NCBI RefSeq assembly: GCF_000189295.2
Contig: NC_016803.1
Coordinates: 2,250,001-2,282,000, forward strand
DNA: 32,000 bases
Direction: 5' to 3'
From: Pseudodesulfovibrio mercurii
GTDB lineage: Bacteria > Desulfobacterota > Desulfovibrionia > Desulfovibrionales > Desulfovibrionaceae
Shown here: in pieces, positions 25,550 to 32,000 of the stretch
How the letters are laid out: each line of letters starts with the position of its first letter
Position numbering within the stretch: the stretch's first letter is position 1
Made by a program: the position numbers and the translations under genes
The notes under the pieces: model-generated
Told to the model about the DNA's origin: nothing
Databases searched by the model: none
What the model saw: only the letters and a program-made list of their open reading frames with translations

Positions 25550-26254
25550 CTAAAAGCCTTCTTCCAGCGGCGGCCAGACGAGGGCCTGGGTGTCGGTGTC
25601 CACGTCGGCCACGGGTTGCAGGGCCAGGTTTCGGCTGGCCGGCTTGAGGTGCACGAACCGACCGCGCATTTCCAGGCGGCCTTCGGCCAGCCATTGCAGG
25701 GCCTGGGGGTAGATGCGGTGTTCCAGCCCGAGGATGCGCGCCCCCAGCGCGTCGCCGTCCTCGCCCGTCAGGCACGGCACGGCTGCCTGGATGATGACCG
25801 GGCCGTGGTCCATCTGTTCGTCCACGAAGTGCACGGTGCAGCCGGAGATCTTGACCCCGTAGTTCACGGCGTCGGCCTGGCCGTGCACGCCCGGGAAGCT
25901 CGGCAGCAGGGCCGGATGGATGTTGACCACGCGGCCCCGGAACGTCTCCAGGAAGACCGGGGTGACGATGCGCATGAACCCGGCCATGGCCACCACGCCG
26001 GTCTCGTTCACGCCGGACTCGCGGATGGCCCGGACCATCTCCTCGTCGAAGGCCTCGCGGGAGGGAAACTCCGTGTGCAGCAGCACGCGGGTGGGGATGT
26101 TGTGGTTGCGCGCCCTGGTCAGGCCGAAGGCGTCCGCCCTGTTGGACACGACCACCTTGATCTCGGCGTCGAGCATGCCCGCTTCGATGCGATCGATGAT
26201 GGATTGCAGGTTGGACCCGCCCCCGGACACGAGGACGGCGATGGGCATTGCCAT
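25550..26254 (-). CDS. purN: Phosphoribosylglycinamide formyltransferase
   Basis: True start ATG 26254, with AAGGGAG upstream, giving MAMPIAVLVSGGGSNLQSIID...VVNIHPALLPSFPG...GCTVHFVDEQMDHGPVI. Confidence 0.92.
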   Translation of the reverse strand: MAMPIAVLVSGGGSNLQSIIDRIEAGMLDAEIKVVVSNRADAFGLTRARNHNIPTRVLLHTEFPSREAFDEEMVRAIRESGVNETGVVAMAGFMRIVTPVFLETFRGRVVNIHPALLPSFPGVHGQADAVNYGVKISGCTVHFVDEQMDHGPVIIQAAVPCLTGEDGDALGARILGLEHRIYPQALQWLAEGRLEMRGRFVHLKPASRNLALQPVADVDTDTQALVWPPLEEGF

Positions 26255-26503
26255 GGATGCTCCCTTGGATGGTTGAAGACGGCGGGGTCGGCCCCGCCCC
26301 CGAATTTGGCCCAAAGCGCGCGCTTTTTCAAGGCCGGATTTCCCCCGGCCGGGCTGCGGCGGGCCGACCAACGCGTTCGGGTATTAAATAGGTGGCAAAA
26401 AAAATCATGATACGATACGGATTACCATTAGCGACAACAAGAGGCGTTCCTTCCCGGCCCGGCGTCGGCGCGAACCCGCCTCGCATACACAAGGAGATTT
26501 TCC

Positions 26504-26833
26504 ATGGCAGGCAAATTCGAACGGAAACAGGCCAAGGACGGACAGTGGATGTTCAATCTCAAGGCGGGCAACAGCCAGGTCATCCTGACCAGCGAGCTCT
26601 ACACCACCAAGGCGGCCTGCGACAACGGCATCGCCAGCGTACAGAAGAACAGCCCGCTGGACGAGCGCTACGAGCGCAAGGAGTCCAAGAGCGGCCAGCC
26701 CTATTTCGTGCTCAAGGCGGGCAACCACCAGGTCATCGGCAAGAGCGAGATGTACTCCTCCAAATCGGCCATGGAAAACGGCATCGAGTCGGTCAAGACC
26801 AACGGACCGACCACGGACATCGTGGACGCCTAG
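26504..26833 (+). CDS. yegP: YegP family protein (tandem DUF1508)
   Basis: 109 aa with two DUF1508 repeats: GQWMFNLKAGNSQVILTSELYTTK and GQPYFVLKAGNHQVIGKSEMYSSK. SD AAGGAG lies upstream. Confidence 0.9.
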   Translation: MAGKFERKQAKDGQWMFNLKAGNSQVILTSELYTTKAACDNGIASVQKNSPLDERYERKESKSGQPYFVLKAGNHQVIGKSEMYSSKSAMENGIESVKTNGPTTDIVDA

Positions 26834-26851
26834 ACTTTTCCCGAAAAAAAG

Positions 26852-26890
26852 GGACCGGCGCGCGAGACTGCGAGCCGGTCCTCTTTTTTT
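26852..26890. terminator. Bidirectional rho-independent terminator between yegP and cobA/hemD
   Basis: Stem GGACCGGC / GCCGGTCC (8 bp) with a 14-nt loop, flanked by AAAAAAA upstream and TCTTTTTTT downstream. Confidence 0.8.
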
Positions 26891-26905
26891 GCCGTGTTGC
26901 GGGGG

Positions 26906-28420
26906 CTACTTGGCGCCCGCGTCCTTGAGCAGCGCGTCCACCAGGCCGGGGATGGTGTAGTCCTCGGGCTCGATGGCCGGGGTCAGGCCGAATTTCCGGA
27001 CCGTGTCGGAGGTGACCGGGCCGATGGAGGCGATCTTCACGTCCGGGTAGTTCTTGAAGGCGTCGGCCGGGACCAGCTCGAAGAAGTTCTCCACCGTGCT
27101 CGACGAGGTGAAGGTCACGTAGCGGATGTCGCCCGCGCCCAGCGTCTCCATGATCTCGTCGCCGGACGCCTGGCCCAGGCGGGTCTCGTAGACCGGCAGG
27201 ACCGTGACGTTGCAGCCCGCCGCCTTGAGCTCGCGGGGCAGGACCTCTCTCGCCACCTTGGCCCGGGGGATGAGCACGTCCGAGCCCTGGATGCCGCGTT
27301 CGAGCAGCCCCTTGACCACGTGTTCGGCCACGTACTTGTCCGGGATGAAGTCCGGCTCGATGCCGCGCGTGCGCAGCTCGTCCGCCGTGGCCGGGCCGAT
27401 GGCCGCGATCTGCATGCCGCCGAAGATGCGCGCGTCCAGGCCGATGGCCCGGAGCTGCCGCCAGAAGAATCTGACCCCGTTGACCGAGGTGAACACGACC
27501 CACTGGTAGCGGGCCAGTTGCAGGATGGCGGTCTCGACCTCGGCGTAGTCGTCCAGCGGCTCCACCGAGATGGTCGGGAACTCGCGCACGCACGCGCCCT
27601 GTTCGCGCAGGACGCCGACCAGGCCCGAGGCCTGCTCGCGGGCGCGGGTGACGATGACGCCCTTGCCGAGCAGGGGCTTCTTCTCGAACCAGCCGAGCTT
27701 GTCGTGCAGGGAGCAGACGCCGCCCACGATGATGATGGACGGGGCCTGCCAGTTGCGCGCCTTGGCCTCCTCGGCCACGTGCTCGAGGTCGGACACGAAC
27801 GAGGTCTGGTTGCAGCGCGTGCCCCAGCGGACCAGGGCCACCGGGGTGTCGGCGGCGCGGCCGTTGTCCATGAGATTTTTCGCGATCATGGGCAGGTTGC
27901 CCACGCCCATGTAGAAGACCAGCGTGGAGGTGGACTGCCCGTACACGGCCCAGTTGTGGCCGGAATCGGATTTGGTCGGGTCCTCGTGGCCGGTGATGAA
28001 ACAGACCGAGGTGGTGAAGTCGCGGTGGGTCACCGGGATGCCCGCGTAGGCCGCGGCCGCCACGCCCGCGGTGATGCCGGGCACCACCTCGAAGTCCATG
28101 CCCGCCTCGACCAGCTCCTCGCCCTCTTCGCCGCCGCGCCCGAAGACGTAGGGGTCCCCGCCCTTGAGGCGGCAGACGATCTTGCCGGACCGGGCCTTGT
28201 CCACGATGAGGTCGTTGATCTTGTCCTGGGGCAGGGTGTGGTCGCCGCCCTTCTTGCCCACGTAGAGAATCTCGCAGTCGGGCTTGCACCACTTCAGGAA
28301 CTCGGCATTGGCCAGGTAGTCGTAGATCATCACGTCGCAGGACTCGATGATCTCCCTGGCCCGCAGGGTCAACATGCCCGGATCACCGGGCCCAGCGCCG
28401 ACGAGGAATACGTTCGCCAT
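26906..28420 (-). CDS. cobA: Uroporphyrinogen-III C-methyltransferase / uroporphyrinogen-III synthase fusion (CobA-HemD)
   Basis: 504 aa. The N-terminal SUMT domain has MANVFLVGAGPGDPGMLTLRA...RLKGGDPYVFGRGGEE. The C-terminal roughly 250 aa are HemD-like (VIVTRAREQA...VVFTSVNGV). SD TGGAGAAG sits in the 21-nt gap after valS. Confidence 0.9.
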   Translation of the reverse strand: MANVFLVGAGPGDPGMLTLRAREIIESCDVMIYDYLANAEFLKWCKPDCEILYVGKKGGDHTLPQDKINDLIVDKARSGKIVCRLKGGDPYVFGRGGEEGEELVEAGMDFEVVPGITAGVAAAAYAGIPVTHRDFTTSVCFITGHEDPTKSDSGHNWAVYGQSTSTLVFYMGVGNLPMIAKNLMDNGRAADTPVALVRWGTRCNQTSFVSDLEHVAEEAKARNWQAPSIIIVGGVCSLHDKLGWFEKKPLLGKGVIVTRAREQASGLVGVLREQGACVREFPTISVEPLDDYAEVETAILQLARYQWVVFTSVNGVRFFWRQLRAIGLDARIFGGMQIAAIGPATADELRTRGIEPDFIPDKYVAEHVVKGLLERGIQGSDVLIPRAKVAREVLPRELKAAGCNVTVLPVYETRLGQASGDEIMETLGAGDIRYVTFTSSSTVENFFELVPADAFKNYPDVKIASIGPVTSDTVRKFGLTPAIEPEDYTIPGLVDALLKDAGAK

Positions 28421-28441
28421 GTTCTTCTCCAGATATTCGGG

Positions 28442-31108
28442 CTAGCCCATCACGCTTTCCAGCCGCGCCTTGAGCTGGGTGAGCTTGGTTTTTTCCTCTT
28501 CCATCTCGGCCAGCTTGGTCTTTTCGCCCTCGACCACCTCGGCCGGGGCGTTGTTGACGAAGCCGGGGTTCTTGAGCTTGCCGGACACGCCCTTCATGGT
28601 CTTTTCGAGCTTGGCCAGGTTCTTGTCCAGCCGGGCCAGTTCGGCGTCGAAATCGACCACGCCCTCCAGCGGCACGAAGAGCTCGTTGCCCTGGACCACG
28701 GCCGCGCCCGAGGCCTTGGGGCCCTTGACGTCCGGACCGATGGTCAGGTTCTCGATGCGGGCCAGGGACTTGATCAGGTCCAGGTTGGCATTCAGGACCG
28801 CCTTGTCCGCGTCGCTGACCGTCTTGACGAGCAGGTCGAGCTTGCGTGCCGGTTCGATGAGCAGTTCGGTGCGGATGTTCCGGGTGCCGGAGACCACGCC
28901 CATGAACAGCTCCATCTCGGCCACGGCGCGCTCGTCCCGGCAGTCGGGCCGCTTGTCCGGGAAGGGCAGGGTGGCGATGTCCTCGCTCCGGTCGTCGCCC
29001 GCCGGGCGGGGCAGGACGTTCCAGATTTCCTGGGTGATGAACGGGGTCACCGGGTGGAGCAGGATCATGGTCTCGGAGAGCACGGTCCACAGGACCCGCT
29101 GCGTGGCCTCCTTGGCCCGCTCGTCCTCGCCGTAGAGCGCGGGCTTGATCATCTCCAGGTACCAGTCGCAGAACTCGGACCAGATGAACTTGTACAGGGT
29201 CTGGGCGATCTCGTTGAAGCGGTAGTCGTTGGTGGCCGAGGCCACGGTCTCCTTGACCTCCTCCAGCCGGTGCAGAATCCAGCGGTCGGCCAGGTCCGAG
29301 GCCTCGTGCACGTCGGCGTCCGGGATCACGTCGGGCAGGTTCATCATGGCGAACCGGGTGGCGTTCCAGACCTTGTTCATGAAGTGCTTGTAGCCCTCGA
29401 TGCGCTGCTCCGAGAGCTTGATGTCCCGGCCCATGGCCGCGAAGCTGGTCAGGGTGAAGCGCAGGGCGTCGGCCCCGTACTTGCCGATCATGTCCAGGGG
29501 ATCGATGACGTTGCCCGTGGACTTGGACATCTTCTTGCCCTGCTCGTCGCGCACCAGGGCGTGGATGTAGACGTGGTGGAACGGGACCTCGCCCATGAAC
29601 TGGAGGCCCATCATCATCATGCGCGCCACCCAGAAGAAGAGGATGTCGAAGCCGGTGACCAGGCAGGAGGTCGGGTAGTACTTGGCCAGCTCCTTCGTGT
29701 CGTCGGGCCAGCCCATGGTCGAGAACGGCCACAGGGCCGAGGAGAACCAGGTGTCCAGCACGTCCTCGTCCTGGACCAGGCGGGAGGAGCCGCACTTGGG
29801 GCAGACCGTGGGGTCTTCCTTGGCCACGATGAGCTCGCCGCACTCCTCGCAGGTCCAGGCCGGGATGCGGTGGCCCCACCAGATCTGGCGGGAGATGCAC
29901 CAGTCGCGGATCTCGTCCAGCCACTGGTAGTAGGTCTTGGTCCAGTGTTCCGGGAAAATCTGGGTCTTGTCCGGCACGGCGGCGCGCGCCTTTTCGGCCA
30001 GGGGCTTCATGGACACGAACCACTGGGTGGAGACGTGGGGCTCGATCACGGACTTGCAGCGGTAGCAGACGCCCACGGAGTGGTCGTGCTCAACGACCTC
30101 GACCACGCGGCCCTCGGCCTCCAGGTCGGCCATGACCGCGGCGCGGGCCGCCTGCACGGTCATGCCCCGGTACTTCTCGGGCGCGTTGTCGTTGATCATG
30201 CCCTGCTCGTCCAGGACGGAGAGGACCTCGAGGTTGTGCCTGCGGCCGATCTCCCAGTCGTTCATGTCGTGGGCCGGGGTGACCTTCAGGCAGCCGGTGC
30301 CGAACTCCACGTCCACGTAGGAATCGCCGATGATCGGCAGCTCGCGGCCCACCAGGGGCAGGATGGCGGTCTTGCCGATCAGGTGGTTGAAGCGGTCGTC
30401 GTCCGGGTTCACGGCGATGGCCGTGTCGCCCAGCATGGTCTCGGGCCGGGTCGTGGCGATGATCAGGTCGCCGGAGCCGTCGGCCAGGGAATACTTGATG
30501 TGATGCAGGTGGCCGGGCTTGTTCTCGTGCTCGACCTCGTCGTCGGCCAGGGCGGTGTGGCAGCGGTTGCACCAGTTGATGATGTAGTCGCCCTTGTAGA
30601 TCAGCCCCTGCTCGTACAGGGCCACGAAGACCTCGCGCACGGCCTTGGCCCGCTGCTCGTCGAAGGTGAAGCACTCGCGGGTCCAGTCCACGCTGGCCCC
30701 CATGCGCCGGATCTGGCTGAGGATGTGGTCGCCCTTCTCCTTCTTCCACTCCCAGACGCGCTCGATGAACTTGTCCCGGCCCAGGTCGTCGCGGGTCAGG
30801 CCCTCGGCCTTGAGCTGGCGCTCGACCACGTTCTGGGTGGCGATGCCCGCGTGGTCCGTGCCCGGCACCCACAGGACGTTCCTGCCCTGCTGCCGGTTGA
30901 AGCGGCAGAGGATGTCCTGAAGGGTCAGGTTCAGGGCGTGGCCCATGTGCAGGACGCCGGTGACGTTGGGCGGCGGGATGACGATCGAATAGGGGTCGCC
31001 CGGACCGTCGGGGTCCGGGGTGAAGGTCTTTTCCGCTTCCCAGTGGGACTCCCACTTTTCTTCCACGTCCCACGGCTCGTAGGCCTTGGCTAACTCTTTC
31101 CGCGCCAT
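28442..31108 (-). CDS. valS: Valine--tRNA ligase
   Basis: True start ATG 31108 gives MARKELAKAYEPWDVEEKW. The HIGH motif is PPPNVTGVLHMGHAL and the KMSKS motif is GKKMSKSTGN; the C-terminus is a coiled coil. The 28 extra N-terminal codons in the track ORF (MGVRGKGRGKALCKGFPSPLPPAAGGTN) are a read-through of repeat copy D. Confidence 0.95.
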   Translation of the reverse strand: MARKELAKAYEPWDVEEKWESHWEAEKTFTPDPDGPGDPYSIVIPPPNVTGVLHMGHALNLTLQDILCRFNRQQGRNVLWVPGTDHAGIATQNVVERQLKAEGLTRDDLGRDKFIERVWEWKKEKGDHILSQIRRMGASVDWTRECFTFDEQRAKAVREVFVALYEQGLIYKGDYIINWCNRCHTALADDEVEHENKPGHLHHIKYSLADGSGDLIIATTRPETMLGDTAIAVNPDDDRFNHLIGKTAILPLVGRELPIIGDSYVDVEFGTGCLKVTPAHDMNDWEIGRRHNLEVLSVLDEQGMINDNAPEKYRGMTVQAARAAVMADLEAEGRVVEVVEHDHSVGVCYRCKSVIEPHVSTQWFVSMKPLAEKARAAVPDKTQIFPEHWTKTYYQWLDEIRDWCISRQIWWGHRIPAWTCEECGELIVAKEDPTVCPKCGSSRLVQDEDVLDTWFSSALWPFSTMGWPDDTKELAKYYPTSCLVTGFDILFFWVARMMMMGLQFMGEVPFHHVYIHALVRDEQGKKMSKSTGNVIDPLDMIGKYGADALRFTLTSFAAMGRDIKLSEQRIEGYKHFMNKVWNATRFAMMNLPDVIPDADVHEASDLADRWILHRLEEVKETVASATNDYRFNEIAQTLYKFIWSEFCDWYLEMIKPALYGEDERAKEATQRVLWTVLSETMILLHPVTPFITQEIWNVLPRPAGDDRSEDIATLPFPDKRPDCRDERAVAEMELFMGVVSGTRNIRTELLIEPARKLDLLVKTVSDADKAVLNANLDLIKSLARIENLTIGPDVKGPKASGAAVVQGNELFVPLEGVVDFDAELARLDKNLAKLEKTMKGVSGKLKNPGFVNNAPAEVVEGEKTKLAEMEEEKTKLTQLKARLESVMG

Positions 31109-31115
31109 ATTGGTG

Positions 31116-31240
31116 CCTCCGGCGGCCGGGGGAAGGGGAGAGGGAAACCCTTTGCAAAGGGCTTTCCCTCTCCCCTTCCCCCGGACCCCCATCCCCTCTT
31201 CCTTCCTAAACTTTTTATGCCGCCTTCGGCGGAGTCCGGA
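31116..31240 (-). repeat. Intergenic palindromic repeat, copy D (long form)
   Basis: Near-identical to copy C. The hairpin at 31128-31182 (GGGGGAAGGGGAGAGGGAAACCCTTTG / CAAAGGGcTTTCCCTCTCCCCTTCCCCC) has 27 bp and one bulged C. Terminal CCTCC at 31116-31120 is the valS SD on the minus strand. Confidence 0.85.
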
Positions 31241-31366
31241 TCGTTTTCGGGGGGTCTGGTTTCGTATCGGGGCGGTGCTTGAAACACCGCAGTATCATTC
31301 CATATTTTCTTGCGGTCAACGCCCGCGCTTGATAGCGTCGGACTACACTTGTCAAGAGCGCCGCAT

Positions 31367-32000
31367 ATGTCAAGCATACATATATATTGGGACGAATCGC
31401 ACTTCTGGGGGCTGCTGGCCGCCCGGGCCCTGACGGCCTGGGACATTCCCCACCGGCTCGTGCGCGGCTCAGAAATAGCCGATGGCGCGCTCGCTGGCAA
31501 GCTCGGCGAGGTCCCGGCCGCGCTGCTCGTGCCCGGCGGCCGGGCCAAGGGCAAGGCCGACCGGCTGGGGCCGGGCGGCATGGACGCGGTCCGCGACTAC
31601 GTGAACGGCGGCGGCACCTACCTCGGCTTCTGCGGCGGGGCCGGGCTGGCCCTGTCCGGACCCTTCGGCCTGGGGCTGTCGCCCTGGTCGCGCAAGGGGT
31701 ACCGCAACCGGCTGCATCACTTCCTGTCCGGCCACGTGCACGCCAGTCTGGACGCGGCCCAAGACCTGGTCCCGGACGGCATGGACGAGGCGCTGCTGCC
31801 GGTCTGGTGGCCGGGCCGGTTCGACCCCGTGGACCCATCGGTCACGGTCCTGGCCCGCTACGGCGAGCCCGGCCCGGACTTCTGGGTGGCGGACCTGAAC
31901 CTGGCCACCCTGCCCAGGGGGACCATGGCCGACTGGGAGACCCTGTACGGCGTGAACCTGAGCCCGAGCTTCCTTGAGGGCGCGCCCGTGGTGGCCATGA
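31367..32000 (+). CDS. BPL_N-like / class I glutamine amidotransferase-like domain protein, N-terminal part (runs off the window end)
   Basis: Not in the ORF track because it has no stop in the window. Manual translation from ATG 31367 reads MSSIHIYWDESHFWGLLAARALTAWDIPHRLVRGSEIADGAL...ALLVPGGRAKGKADRLGPGGMDAVRDYVNGGGTYLGFCGGAGLAL... and is open to the window end. The GG-x-YLGFCGGA nucleophile-elbow-like motif supports the family call. The track ORF 31387..31977 is in a different frame. Confidence 0.5.
   Translation, partial: MSSIHIYWDESHFWGLLAARALTAWDIPHRLVRGSEIADGALAGKLGEVPAALLVPGGRAKGKADRLGPGGMDAVRDYVNGGGTYLGFCGGAGLALSGPFGLGLSPWSRKGYRNRLHHFLSGHVHASLDAAQDLVPDGMDEALLPVWWPGRFDPVDPSVTVLARYGEPGPDFWVADLNLATLPRGTMADWETLYGVNLSPSFLEGAPVVAM

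Noticed and set aside
26894-31093. 1399-aa ORF on the plus strand, the longest in the track
   Set aside because: It lies antisense to valS and cobA/hemD, both of which carry unmistakable family motifs (HIGH, KMSKS, SUMT GAGPGDP). Its composition is dominated by G, A, V, L, D, R and H, as expected for a stop-free antisense frame in high-GC DNA. It has no recognisable domains.
31109-31192. 28-codon N-terminal extension of valS (MGVRGKGRGKALCKGFPSPLPPAAGGTN)
   Set aside because: The extension is a translation of repeat copy D. The conserved ValS N-terminus starts at MARKELAKAYEPW, with GGAGG 7 nt upstream.
31387-31977. 196-aa plus-strand ORF at the right end
   Set aside because: It is in a different frame from the BPL_N-like reading frame that starts at 31367. 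It is extremely rich in Arg, Gly and Pro, whereas the 31367 frame gives a domain-like sequence (GGTYLGFCGGAGLA).
1-32000. Search for CRISPR arrays, tRNA or rRNA genes, IS elements or transposases, integrases and prophage genes
   Set aside because: None were found. The only repeats are the four intergenic palindromic elements, which are neither regularly spaced nor CRISPR-like. No transposase-like or integrase-like ORF is present.

Overview
High-GC chromosomal segment whose gene content resembles a Desulfovibrionaceae-type sulfate reducer; that assignment rests on gene content such as a CobA/HemD fusion, scattered anaerobic B12 genes, sigma-54 promoters and a glycyl radical enzyme, and is inference. 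I support about 31 protein genes. No rRNA, tRNA, CRISPR array or transposase was seen. Gene order: (1) 1-7979 is a sigma-54-controlled catabolic locus. It holds an edge-truncated glycyl radical enzyme (GRE, minus strand, absent from the ORF track) with an IslA/HpsG-like sulfonate-lyase fingerprint. This gene is divergent from an atypical amidohydrolase_2 protein, and a TRAP transporter (P, Q, M) and an aldo-keto reductase follow. (2) 8238-14368 is a glycan/cell-surface cluster: GT4, an MJ1255-type GT, a radical SAM-TPR protein, a deacetylase-like protein, a GNAT and a WbuC cupin. (3) Housekeeping and miscellaneous genes follow: an EamA transporter, transaldolase/FSA, cbiET, an orphan SBP, a UMF1 MFS transporter, AMMECR1, a PilZ/HD-GYP pair, an exonuclease-cbiF-yjbQ-DUF4389-Cys-rich operon, purN, yegP, cobA/hemD, valS and an edge-truncated BPL_N-like gene. 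The main hunt results are as follows. There are three near-consensus sigma-54 promoters with recurring GTTGC-N6-GCAAC palindromes around the GRE locus. The GRE active-site residues line up with IslA at a constant offset, but the gene is accompanied by unusual partners, namely a ligand-depleted amidohydrolase fold and an AKR. A four-copy intergenic palindromic repeat family has stems that differ between copies but remain self-complementary, and its terminal GGCCGCCGGAGGC supplies the Shine-Dalgarno sequence of two unrelated genes. Many long ORFs in the track are antisense or frame-shadow artefacts of the high GC content.
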